From: Malacoraja senta
Lineage: Eukaryota
Assembly: GCA_038087875.1 (NCBI GenBank)
Contig: CM075981.1
Coordinates: 620,001-684,000, forward strand
Length of the DNA stretch: 64,000 nt
Direction of reading: 5' to 3'
Part shown: positions 1-13,010 of the stretch, one piece after another
How positions within the stretch are numbered: the stretch's first letter is position 1
Layout of the letters: each line of letters begins with the position of its first letter
Notes under the pieces: model-generated
The model's input: the letters and a program-made list of their open reading frames with translations, nothing else
Database searches by the model: none
Told to the model about the DNA's origin: nothing
Position numbers and translations under genes: made by a program

Positions 1-179
1 GCAAGGTAAGAGATTGAAAAAGGTTTCCCCCGACCCCCTCCCCCTCCCCCTCCCCACCCCCACGTAAAACAAACCAGAGAAGCATACTTTTAAATCACAC
101 TAAAAAAGAACAAAAGAGACGAAAAGACAGACAGACTGTTGGCGAGGCTGCCATTGCTGACGGCGCCTCCCGGTGGATG

Positions 180-545
180 GGACCATAAAGGGAATAACAT
201 TCACTGCAAGATAAAGTCCATTTAAAGATAGTCCGAGGGTCTCCAATGAGGTAGATGGGAGGTCAGGACTGCTCTCCAGTTGGTGATAGGACGGTTCAGT
301 TGCATGATAACAGCTGGAAAGAAACTGTTCCTGAATCTGGAGGTGTGCGTTTTCACACTTGTGTACCTCTTGCCTGATGGGAGAGGGTAGATGTGGGAGT
401 GACCGGTGTGAGACTCATCCTTGATTATGCTGGTGGTCTTGCCGAGGCAGCGTGAGGTGGAGATGGAGTCAATGGACGGGAGGTTGGTTTGTGTGATGGT
501 CTGGGCCCCGTGTCCACAATTCTCTGCAATTTCTTGCGGTCTTGG
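180..545 (-). mobile_element. Rex1/Babar-like LINE 3' fragment
   Basis: LPSIDSISTSRCLGK..SIIKD..H...LPSGKRY..VKTHTSRFRNSFFPAVI C-terminal motif. Confidence 0.65.
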
Positions 546-646
546 ATGGGGATGCAGAATATTTCTGCAGCAAGTAAGAATTTCATTATTCCCTTTCGGT
601 ACATATGACAATAAAACACTTTTGACTCGTGCACTGGCTATGCATG

Positions 647-700
647 GGGGTGGGAGATTGCAACCTTCACGTGGCCCGCCCTGTTTCGACGAATGCAATC
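647..700 (+). ncRNA. Predicted HDV-like self-cleaving ribozyme
   Basis: P1 GGGGTGG/CCGCCCT with G1.U wobble; P2 GATTGCA/TGCAATC; P3 ACC/GGC (one mismatch); L3 TTCACGT; J4/2 CGAA; minimal P4. Confidence 0.7.
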
Positions 701-773
701 AACCCGGTGTGCACAATCAAATAAGATCAAATAGAACAACTTTAGGCTGTGCACGCCATACGCAAGAAGAAGA
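647..773 (+). mobile_element. Short retroposon with HDV/CPEB3-like ribozyme 5' end and (AAG)n tail, copy 1
   Basis: TSD ggctatgcatg(g) at 636-646/647 and 774-784/785; homologous to 20934-21071. Confidence 0.8.
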
Positions 774-853
774 GGCTATGCATGGATGTCACTGACCTGT
801 GGATGTTTGTACTGGGTTTCTGTTTCACCATGTAAACACTGAAAAGCAATTGA

Positions 854-1069
<216 letters not shown>

Positions 1070-1395
1070 TAACCTCCATGTCTGTTCGTGTGTCTGTCTA
1101 AATGCCTCTTAAACTTTGCCATTGTATCTGTTTCCACCAACTCTTGCAGTGTGCTCCAGACACCAGACACTCTTTGTGTAGAGAAAAACTTGCCTCCTAC
1201 ATCTCCTTTCTACTCACTTTAAACCCCCACTCACCCTAAACCTATGCCCTCTCGTATTTGATCTTTGCAACAGGTGAAAAGGACTTTGATTGATTGACAG
1301 TTACAACTTTGTAACAGGTCCTTCTGCCCAACAAGTCCATGCCAACCATTAATCATCCATTCGCTGGACCACTGCCCAGTCCATCACCGACTCTG

Positions 1396-1850
1396 ACCTC
1401 CCCACCATCGAAGGGATCTATCGAAGTCGCTGCCTCAAAAAGGCTGCCAGCATCATCAAAGACCCCACACCATCCTGGCCACACACTCATTTCACCAATA
1501 CCATCGGGAAGAAGGTACAGGAGCCTGAAAACTAACGTCCAGGTTCAGGAACACAGCCATCAGGCTATTAAACACAACAACAAATAAGCTCTGAACTGCA
1601 ACTATTACTATTATTGCACTATATTTGTTTATTTATTGTGTGTGTGTGTGTGTGTATATACACACACATATATGTGTATATATATATATATATATAGTAC
1701 ATATATATACATACTGAACTTTTTTTCTTTTTTTCTCATGTTATGTACTATGTTTACATATTCTGTTGTGCTGCAGCAAGTAAGAATTTCATTGTCCTAT
1801 CTGGGACACATGACAATAAAGCATGTCTTGACTTGACTCTTGATACTAGA
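1396..1850 (+). mobile_element. Rex1/Babar-like LINE 3' end containing a (TG)n/(TA)n microsatellite (1637-1712)
   Basis: PSGRRYRSLKT motif; tail tgacaataaa...cttgacttgact. Confidence 0.6.
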
Positions 1851-2675
1851 TCTTTGTCATCCCACTTTCTCATCCACATCCGATACTCTAGGAGCAATTT
1901 ACTTGAGGCTGATTAACCTACAAACCCACACGTCATAAATTCCAGGAGCGGAATTAGGCCATTCGGCCCTTCAAATCTTCTCCACTATACAATCATGACT
2001 AATCTATCTTTCCCTGTCAACCCCATTCTCCTGCCTTCTCCCCTAACACATTTACTAATCAAGAATCTGTCAATCTCCACTTTAAAAATATCCGTTGACT
2101 TGGCCTCCACCGCTGTCTGTGGCAATGCATTCACCACCTGACATCTTTGGGATATGGGGGTGGGGGCTGAAGCACCCTGAGGAAAACCACGTGGTCACAG
2201 GGAGAATGTGCTTTCAGATAGCACCTGAGGTCAGGATCGAGCCTGGGTCTCTGACGCTGCGGAAGAGGCTCTGCCAGTTGTACTACTTAACCTTGACTAA
2301 CCTTGTTTTCGTACGTTTTGATTCTTATATTGTTGTCGTGTGCTTTAAGACCAGCCAGTTTCAGTCCTCTCATGGGCTGCATCTGGTTAGCGACGAAGAT
2401 AAACATCCCTGAAGCGTTACGTGTGGAAATAGACGCACACAGAAACCCATTAATCAACTCCAAGATGGGGCCAAATCTGCCTGAAACAGGCAGGTCTCTG
2501 TTTCCTTGTCACAAGTCCCAGTGCCCCACTGTGGCAGCTGCCAAGCCAGTAAACTTCTTCAAAGGATAATGCTGAAATATGAAAAAACAACATTTAAGCC
2601 CTACTTAATAAAAGGTCAAATTCCCAGAAAAGTAAATGGCTTTATGTCAGTCCAGCTTATTGCATACGTTAGTGA

Positions 2676-2783
<108 letters not shown>

Positions 2784-3255
2784 TAATGTCCTTGTTATTG
2801 AATAAGGAGAAATGGGAAGTGTGGCATGGTGTAGTGCGGTGGTGGGACATAAGATTCTGAAGCTTCAAAGGTTGTTTAGTTTAGAGATGCAACATGGAAA
2901 CAGGGCCCTTCGGCCCGCCGAGCCAGCGATCGCCCATACCCTAGCTTAGTCTAGTTTAGAGATACAGCGCGGAAACACGCCCTTCAGCCCATTGAGTCCG
3001 CATCAACCTGCAATCTCTGCACACCAACACTATCCTACACCCACCAGGCACAATTTACAATTACACCAAGCCAATTAACCTACAAACCCGTACGGTCTTT
3101 GGAGTGTGGGGGAAACCGGAGAAAACACACGCAGGTCACGGGGAGAACGTACCCATAATCAGGATCGAACCTGGATCTCTGGCGTTGGTTGTAAGTTTAC
3201 CGTTGGTTTTTCGCTTGGTAAATAATTCAGTTGATGGCCAGGAAACTTGCAGTGA

Positions 3256-3450
<195 letters not shown>

Positions 3451-6190
3451 TAAATATCATAGACCTTACGGCTGATGTATGCATTTAACGACCTTGTTTA
3501 ATGTTTCCAAAGTGGCATTGACCTAAGTTGACAGAGCAAGAAACCGTTGAATATCCTGGAGACCATTAGTCTTCAATTACGGTCATTATAGTTATAAAAA
3601 CAATATAATTAAAATGTATGCCAAGTGCTGGAGCAACTCAACGTGTCAGGCAGCATCTCTGGAGATAGGTGACATTTGAGGTCAGGACCCTTCTTCAGAC
3701 ACAACCTCATCTACCCATGTTCTCCAGAGTCTGCTACCTGACTCGCTGAGTTACTCCAGCACTTTGTGTCTTTAATTGTAAACCAACACCGGCAGTTCTT
3801 CGTTTCATCATTAAAATATATCAATTTTTATGCTTTTTAGTCATGACAGTTTAATCACTGCATTCTGGAGAAAATTATACAGTTCCCTAAGAATTTGCAT
3901 TGTCTAAGGAGGAAAGTTTCTATTCTTGTAAGTCGACCAGTAACAAGTCAAAACATCTCACGGATATTTGCTCTGAAAATGTAGCTGGATTATTAGCAGC
4001 CCCCCCCCCCCAGCTGGGGAGTATCATTGTGTGAGTCTCCTGCCCCTTCCCTAATCAGAGTTTGCACATTCTTACATAGTTGTGGTCCAATCTCCCCAGC
4101 TGGTTGATTGGTATCAGGTAATATGTATGTTTCACGAATGGCTATTTGTTTAGAGTTTAAAGAGATACAGCGCGGGAACAGGCCCTTCGGCCCACCGAGT
4201 CTGCACCGACCAGCGATCCCCGCAAATAGCCCTATCCTACACACACTAGGGACGATTTACAATTTTACCGAAGCCAATTAACCTACAAACCTGGACGTCT
4301 TTGGAGTGTGGGAAGAAACTGGAGCACCCGGAGAAAACCCACATAGGTTAGCGGGGAGAACGTACAAACTCCATATAAACGGCATCCGTGGTCAGGATTG
4401 AACTCGGATCTCTGGATACTGTCATTCCTGACTAATGCATACTGTCATTACTGACTAAGCCATCAGGGGGAGCTGTTTGCACATATTTAACGTGCTGTAA
4501 GGCAGCAACTCTACCGCTGCACCACTGAGCATTCCCTAAATTGCTTTTCCCATGCATTCTTCCTCGTCTTCTCCATCCCATTTTCTTCATCCACCCAGGC
4601 TAATGTGTGCTATAGTTCCTGCCTGATCCCACACTGGAAAGGAATTCTACAACATAGACAACTTGGTTCCAGATCATTATGGATAGGAAAAGTTGAGAGT
4701 AATATGGACCAAACATGGGCAGGTGGGACTAGTGTAGATAGGGCATCTTGGTTGGCATGGGCCAGTTGAGCTGAAGGGCCTGTTCCTGTGTTGTATGACT
4801 CTATGTTCACACTGACTCTGATGATTCTGATCACACACTTACCTTTGCATCAGTGTTCCCTTGTTCAATCTCTGGAAGAATCCTGCTTTTATCCACAATT
4901 TCTGGTGTTTTATAAATTACAATATAGGTGGGTCCTTAGCCCTGATTTAACGTCATTGTTCCAGCCCTCGTCACACCAAATGGCTGAGATTGCAGAGTGT
5001 CATGACACCTATTTAACTTTTCGCTCGGATGTTATCGTCTCAGCGGTTATTCTGCATGAAACACATTCACCGCAGGACAGAGCAGGAAATGAATCTGATT
5101 CTTGTGGTTAGGATGCATACTGTCATTACTGACTAAGCCATCAGGGGGAGCTGTTTGCACATATTTAACATGCTCCACCTTTAGTCTGCTTGTACAATTT
5201 TTAGCTTCCCACCATGTGTAGCCGTTATAATAATCCTGAAATCCCTGTAGGAAAGAATTTTAATGACTTAATAATCCAGTAATTTGCAACGCTATGAGAG
5301 TGATTTGTTCCTTGGGTTCTCATCAAAGTTATCATCTGACATTAATTCTGTCATGAAAGTGAACAGGTAGTCATTCAATGCATTCCTTTTGTAAACCACC
5401 ATCTGCAGGTCCTTGTGTCTCTCTCTATTCATTAAATGAGTTCAGGAAAGCTTCAAGGTGTTGACAATGAACATTCAAAATAAGATCATTGCCTCCGGGC
5501 ACCACATCCTGCCTTTACTTGCATTGCATGACACAAATCCACTAATCGTCTGCTGTTTAATGTTTCCTTGTGGTACAGAGTTGTACAGCACTGAAACAGG
5601 CCCTTCGGCCCAACTCGTACATGCCGATCAAGATGTCCCATCTAAACCAACCCCATCTGCCTGCATTTGGGCCATGTGCCTCTTATCACACACAGCTAGC
5701 ATAATAAATGTTAAAACAAGGAACTACAGGTGCTGGTTAATACACAAAAAGGCTTCTTTTGTTGCGTGTTATTCCAGTCAGCGAAGAGATGACATGATTA
5801 AAATCAAACCGTCCACAGTGTACAGATACAGGATAAAGGGAATAACGTTTAGTGCAAGATAAAGCCCAATTAATTATAGTCCGATGATCTCCAATGAGGT
5901 GGATGATGGGTTTTGGTGTTTTGGTGATAGGACGGTTCAGTTGCCTGATAACAGCGAGGAAGAAACTGAATCTGGAGGTAGACATTTTCACACTTCTGTA
6001 CGTACCTCTTGCCTGGTGGGAGAGGGGAGTAAAGGGAGTGACCATGGTGAGACTGGTCCTTGATTCTGCATCTGGCCTTGCCGAGGCAGCATGAAGGATG
6101 GGGTAATGTTTAATTGTCTTGGGTTGAAACAATGCAAATCATTCGAGCACAAGAGAACCCTCTAATCCAAAACAATTTGTTTCTCTCCAG

Positions 6191-6197
6191 GTATTAG
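6191..6197 (+). CDS. AHCYL1: AHCY-like terminal coding exon (R)Y*, copy 1
   Basis: tttgtttctctccag|G TAT TAG completes the conserved ...PNYYRY* end; phase matches the 3443 donor. Confidence 0.85.
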
Positions 6198-7370
6198 CGG
6201 GACCAGAATCCAAATGGTTGAAACCAGGACCAAGTTGTCCAAAGCCTCGATAGAAGAATGTATAGTAGGAGCAAGCCTAGCTGTTTAAATGCTCGCTAAA
6301 TGTAATTGAAGAGCATTTCTGCACAGCTAGGCACCTTATTTCTTTAACAGCCTGTCTTTTGCTTGTATTTTCTTTTCTATTCTAATTACAAATGAGTGTT
6401 TTGATTTATAATTTACTGCCGAGAGATATAACTGTCTCACTGCATTGTGACAGCGCTGTCTTTGTGAAATCACTTGAAACTGTATGATATGATTGTTCTG
6501 TAATTTAAAATAATTATCTTTGTTTGCTTTGTTTTTTTTCCTGTTAGTTTTAGTCCACAGCCTGAGCTTAAAGCTCAGTTTGGCCTCAGTTCCAAAAGAT
6601 GCTCTTGATTTTAACCATGATTTAAAAAAAAAAAAAAAGCCTGTACCTGGTGGTCATTGGATCCTATTTGGCAATTGCCACTTTTGTCTTCTGATACTTC
6701 TGTCTTTCCCTGAATCAGCGCTGACCGTATTAAATGACGAGTATCAAGTTTTAAACTAACCAGTCAGTACAAAAGCAGCTGTAAATATCACTGTTACCAA
6801 AAACAAGATGTGAAATGGTTTTGTTTGAGAATTTCAGTTTTGCGTTTCCCTCTCCCTCTAGTGCTACCCTTGTACGCCTTAATATATCGGCACCATAAAT
6901 GACTACATTTCCGATCGTGAATCGGTATCAATCGGGCAAAGAGAACTAAAGCTTGCATCTATTAATTCGGTGGGGAAAAATAAATTTGAACGGGTCAGTC
7001 TTCGAATTCTGGTCATTTATATTTTGACAAAATCAAACTGGGACAAGATTGTGCCATATGGAGTCCGTGGTCTCTGAATCCTCGTGGCTTCTTATTCCAC
7101 AGACACCTGTTGCATACAACACGCACACAAAACATTTCCGAGATTATGTACCGTTTGTGATGGAGCTTTTAAAAAAAAAAAAAAAACCAGCAAAATCTTG
7201 GTGCATTTTCAGAACCTTATCCGAGCACTAGATGGTGACCTCTCAATGCTGTGGGTTTTATGTCTTTGAGGTTGGATACCCAATCGTGGGACCAGAAAGT
7301 ACTTTCACTCCAGTTACATGAAAATATATATTTTAAAAAATATAATAAAGAATTTAAAAATCATTATATA
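6198..7370 (+). other. Probable 3' UTR of the AHCY-like gene, copy 1; AATAAA at 7344-7349
   Basis: Unique AT-rich sequence after the stop; AATAAA followed by a GT/T-rich tract. The end position is inferred. Confidence 0.5.
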
Positions 7371-7483
7371 AACACAAATTGTTTTTACTCAATGCCTCTG
7401 CTGTTTTATGTGACTTGACAGAGATGAGACGAACTATGTAGAAACAAGGAACTGCAGGTACTGGTTCACCAAAAAAGATGCAG

Positions 7484-7820
7484 AGTGCTGGAGTAACTCA
7501 GCGGGTTCATGCAAGGTCTGTGGATAACGTGGACAGGTGACGTTTTGGGTCAGGACTCTTCTTCAGACTACATTGGTTCAATTATTGGTTTGGTTACTAA
7601 GGTTTTAGTAACCAACCCATTTGGCCTTTTTCCAACAATCTATCAAATAACCCCCTCGCCTGTGTTCACCTGTTACTGGCCCTGCTCTGTTCAACCCCTC
7701 TTTCCCAGCTTTCTTTCTTGCCCTCCCCGCAATCAGTCTGAAGAAGGGTCCCTGACCCAAAACGTCACCGATCCAAGTTCTCCAGAGTTGCTACCTGACC
7801 CGCTGAGTTACTTCAGCACT
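7484..7820. repeat. Fold-back element made of two inverted Penelope terminal-repeat arms (7484-7569 / 7735-7820)
   Basis: Arms are approximate reverse complements; similar fold-backs near 3620-3780, 23460-23620, 26540-26720, 27060-27270 and 52780-52900. Confidence 0.7.
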
Positions 7821-10800
7821 TTGTGTCTTGAGATGAACTATCACCATTAAAGTATTGATATGGCTACATAAGCGAGACACCTTCATTTCTGTCACTTTCT
7901 GTTGGTGCTGTATCTTTACTAGTCCCACCTGCCTGCATTTGGCCCATATCCCTCTAAACCTTGTTAGGGAAAGGTGGTTAGGAATTATAAATATGATTGA
8001 CAGATTAAAAAAAAATCTGTTGCAAATGAGATGTGAAATCAGCAGAATTGATTAAATGAAACTGTTGAATCCAGTGTTAATCACAATGTGCCATTCCTAA
8101 CTTTTTAAACCTTTTTTTTAACATGTTTCCTTTGGTTCTTGATTTTCCCTCCTCTGGGTGAATGACTCTGTGCATTTACCCTATCTATTCCCTTCATGAT
8201 TTCATGCAGCTTTATAAACTCACCCCTCAGCCTCCTGCAGTCAAAGGACCTCTCCCTACAGCCCAGGCCCTCAAGTCCTGGCAACATTCTCGTAAATGTT
8301 CTCTGTGCTCCTTCCAGCTGAGTGACATCCTGTCGCAAGGTTGACCAAAACTGAACACACTATTCCAAATGTGGCCTCACCAATGTATTGTACAACTGTA
8401 ACAAAGTCTGAAACAAAGAATAAAGTGTTGGTGTCTGGAAGTTGGGGACCACTGAATGGAGGTGTTCTGAATGCCTAGGCTTGCTTCGATCTGAAGAAGG
8501 GTCCAGAACGGTGCCTGTCCATACCCTCCACAGATGCTGCTTGACCGCTGAATTCCCCCAGCATTTGTGGTTTTACTCAAAATTCCAGCATTGCAGTTCC
8601 TTGTGTCTCACTTTCTTCGATCAGTGTTGTGTGACTCACTTGACCTTGGTAAGGAAGAAAAGTGCTGGAGTGGGTCAGGCAGCATCTCTGCGGAACATGG
8701 ATGGGCGACGATTTGTGTCGGGACCCTTCTGGGGACTTGGAACATCGTGGTGTGGGCACGGGTACAAAGGTAAGGCCTCTGCTGAGGACTGAGGGGAGAA
8801 ATTGGTGCGAGTCCAGCTGAGGAACAGGGGAGGAGGATGTGGGGGAGAAAGGGGGTGGGGAAGTACGGGGTGTTAGAGGTTAGGTAAAATTGGAGAATTC
8901 AATGTTCATACCATTGGGTTGGAAGCTACCCATTCAGAATATGAGCAGCATTGCTGCTGGAAATTACTTTCAAGAGTGCATCGTTTGAATTGTTTGCGCT
9001 TTAAATGTTTCCTCTATTTAATAATTCACTATTATAAAACTATTATCACCATATATTCTTCCTCAATTAGTCCTTGCTTTCTCCCCCCTTCCCCTCCCAG
9101 CTCTCCCAAAGCCTACTGTCTCCGCCTCTTCCTTTCTTTCCCCCCCCTACCTCCACATCAGTCTGAAGAAGGGTCTCGACCTGAAACGTCGCCTATTCCT
9201 TCGCTCCATAGATGCTGCCTCACTGCTGAGTTTCTCCAGCATTTTTGTCTTACCTTGGATTTTTCCAGCATCTGCAGTTCTTTCTTAAACATTCTTCCTC
9301 AATATGTATGTCACCCATTCCTTCTCTCCAGAGGTGCTGCCTGTCTCGCTGAGTTACTTCAGCATCTTGTGTCTATCTTTGATTTAAAGCAGCATCTTCA
9401 GTTCTTTCCTGCACACTTCCTGAATCCTATCCCTTTATCATGCATGCTCTTTGTATAACTTTAGCCCATTGTTCCCTACTTCCTAGTTACAGTATTGGGG
9501 GACCATCAAGAAGCTCGGTGACTAAACTTACCTGTTTGATTATTTCTATAAAATGTTTAAAATCACTGCTGTATAAAACTGATCACTACAAGTGTCGGAA
9601 ACAAATGTTGTGTGGGAGTGAAGATAAGACACAAAAAGCCAAAGTAACTCAGCGGGTTAGGCGACATCTCTGGAGAAAAGCAATAGGTGACGTTTTGGGT
9701 CGAGACCTTCTTCAGACTGAGTCAGGGAGGGAGAAATGAGCGACATGAAAAGATACGTAGAACAAATCAATGAAATGTACGAAATGACAAATCAATGCCA
9801 GCATTGATGATCAAGGAAATGTGGAGCCCATAATGATCCATTGTTGGCTGTGGAGCATGTGATAAGGAGTGAGACAGTGAAACTCTGCAGGATGACAGTT
9901 AACCAATATGATGACTAGGGTGGGCGGAGAGGGGAAGCAAGGGTTACCTGAATTTGGAGAAATCAATATTCATTCCGCTGGGTTGTAAGCTGCTCAAGTG
10001 ATAGATGTTCCTCTAATTTGTGTGGCAGTGGAGGAGGCCCAGATCAGAATGAGAAGGGGAGTGAAAGTGTTTAGCAACAGGGAGTTCACATTGTGTGTTG
10101 TTGTACATCGTGTGGTTTGCTGCAGCCAGTGGCACAGTCCTTGAACCAATAACTTCCTGTCTGCTGTAGATCTGCCCACATGCGAAACCAGCATCAATAT
10201 AACTGAGCTGAGCACTAGTTTTAACGAGAATTTAATGTGTTTTCGTAACCACCACCGCAGTTATATAAGGGCTGGTTTGGTCTGACGATAAGAATGATTG
10301 GTCAAAGCTGTTTAACAAAAAGTGGCCACTGGACGAATTATTTAAAGTCTCAATTATCTTCATCTAATTTGGAAATTAGCTCATTGATTTCTTCAGACCG
10401 AGACTTCTGTTATGCATATTTGATTATTTTTTTAAAGTTTTTTCCCTTTTCTTTAATGGAATGTTGAAGTTAATAATGAAATTAATCTCAAATAGATTTA
10501 AGATTAGCACAGTGGCACGGCAGGAGAGCTGGCTTGAGCCTGACCTCCGGTGCTGTCAGTGTGGAGTTTGCACGTTCTCTCTGGGTCAGTATGAGTTTTT
10601 TTTGTCTGGGTGCTCTGATTTCCTCCCACATCCCAAAGACGTGCGGGTTTGTGGGACAATTGGCCTCCGTAAATTGCACCTGGTGTACAGGGAGTGGGTG
10701 AGAAAGTGATTACGTTTTGTTCAAGAAAGAACTGCAGATGCTGGAAAAATCGAAGGTAGACAAAAATGCTGTAGGAACTCAGCGGGCGAGGCAGCATCTA

Positions 10801-13003
10801 TGGAGCGAAGGAATAGGCGATGTTTCGGGTCGAGCCCCTTCTTCAGACTGTAACAGAACTAGTGTTAACGGGTGATTGACGGTCGGCGCGAACTCGATTT
10901 CATGCTTTATCTCTGGACACCAAAACAAAGCCCAATGTGACGCTAAGGGGGAGAGAAATCCTCAATGATATTTAAGAGCCCTGTCCCAAATAATAAACAA
11001 GTTCAGATTTGTTACCTTTGCTTTCTCTCTGATTTATCTTGGTATGGGATTAACTGGTTTATGCCGGTCAATGTGCCAACTGCATGGATAATGTTTCCCC
11101 ATCTCTGCTAAACGCCGCACTTGAAACAACTTGCACAACTCTGAAATGGGGCCCTTCGATCTGTCACCTCCAAGCACAATCTGTCTTCTCCATCCCATTT
11201 TCTTCATCCACCCAGGCTAATGTGTGCTATAGTTCCTGCCTGATCCCACACTGGAAAGGAATTCTACAACATAGACAACTTGGTTCCAGATCATTATGGA
11301 TAGGAAAAGCTGAGAGTAATATGGACCAAACATGGGCAGGTGGGACTAGTGTAGATAGGGCATCTTGGTTGGCATGGGCCAGTTGGGCTGAAGGGCCTGT
11401 TCCTGTGTTGTATGACTCTATGTTCACACTGACTCTGATGATTCTGATCACACACTTACCTTTGCATCAGTGTTCCCTTGTTCAATCTCTGGAAGAATCC
11501 TGCTTTTATCCACAATTTCTGGTGTTTTATAAATTACAATATAGGTGGGTCCTTAGCCCTGATTTAACGTCATTGTTCCAGCCCTCGTCACACCAAATGG
11601 CTGAGATTGCAGAGTGTCATGACACCTATTTAACTTTTCGCTCGGATGTTATCGTCTCAGCGGTTATTCTGCATGAAACACATTCACCGCAGGACAGAGC
11701 AGGAAATGAATCTGATTCTTGTGGTTAGGATGCATACTGTCATTACTGACTAAGCCATCAGGGGGAGCTGTTTGCACATATTTAACATGCTCCACCTTTA
11801 GTCTGCTTGTACAATTTTTAGCTTCCCACCATGTGTAGCCGTTATAATAATCCTGAAATCCCTGTGGGAAATAATTTTAATGACAACAATCCAGTAATTT
11901 GCAACGCTATGAGAGTGATTTGTTCCTTGGGTTCTCATCAAAGTTATCATCTGACATTAATTCTGTCATGAAAGTGAACAGGTAGTCATTCAATGCATTC
12001 CTTTAGTAAACCACCATCTGCAGGTCCTTGTGTCTCTCTCTATTCATTAAATGAGTTCAGGAAAGCTTCAAGGTGTTGACAATGAACATTCAAAATAAGG
12101 TCATTGCCTCCGGGCACCACATCCTGCCTTTACTTGCATTGCATGGCACAAATCCACTAATCGTCTGCTGTATAATGTTTCCTTGTGGTACAGAGTTGTA
12201 CAGCACGGAAACAGGCCCTTAGGCCCAACTCGTACATGCCGATCAAGATGTCCCATCTAAACCAACCCCATCTGCCTGCATTTGGGCCATGTGCCTCTTA
12301 TCACACACAGCTAGCATAATAAATGTTAAAACAAGGAACTACAGGTGCTGGTTAATACACAAAAAGGCACACAGTGCTGGAGTAACTCAACGGGTCAGGC
12401 AGCATCTGTGGAGAACGTAGTTAGGTGACGTTTCGGGTTGAGACCCTTCTTTAGACTGATTGTAGGTGCGGTGGGGGGGGGGAAGAAAAAAGCTGAAAGA
12501 GGGTTTGAAGAAATTAATTTAGTTTATTGTCACGTGTACCGCAGTACAGTGAAGAGCTTCTTTTGTTGCGTGTTATTCCAGTCAGCGAAGAGATGACATG
12601 ATTAAAATCAAACCGTCCACAGTGTACAGATACAGGATAAAGGGAATAACATTTAGTGCAAGATAAAGCCCAATTAATTATAGTCCGGTGATCTCCAATG
12701 TGGTGGATGATGGGTCAGGACCGCTCTCTAGTTTTGGTGATAGGACGGTTCAGTTGCCTGATAACAGCGAGGAAGAAACTGAATCTGGACGTAGATATTT
12801 TCACACTTATGTACGTACCTCTTGCCTGGTGGGAGAGGGGAGTAAAGGGAGTGACCATGGTGAGACTGGTCCTTGATTCTGCTTCTGGCCTTGCCGAGGC
12901 AGCGTGAAGGATGGGGTAATGTTTAAATGTCTTGGGTTGAAACAATGCAAATCATTCGAGCACAAGAGAACCCTCTAATCCAAAACAATTTGTTTCTCTC
13001 CAG

Positions 13004-13010
13004 GTATTAG
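13004..13010 (+). CDS. AHCYL1: Duplicated AHCY-like terminal exon (R)Y*, copy 2
   Basis: Same acceptor tttgtttctctccag|GTATTAG inside the second tandem copy; AATAAA retained at 14154-14159. Confidence 0.7.

Larger units (their letters stand above)
4566..11175. repeat. Tandem segmental duplication, copy 1 (6610 bp)
   Basis: Starts gtcttctccatccc and ends tcacctccaagc; colinear and near-identical to 11183-19022. Confidence 0.95.

Noticed and set aside
8919-9458. 179-aa ORF
   Set aside because: Made of Penelope terminal-repeat sequence; interrupted in the duplicated copy.
11084-11728. 214-aa ORF (and the 107-aa ORF at 4788-5111)
   Set aside because: It spans the duplication junction and CR1/SINE remnants, has no recognisable domain, and is part intron.
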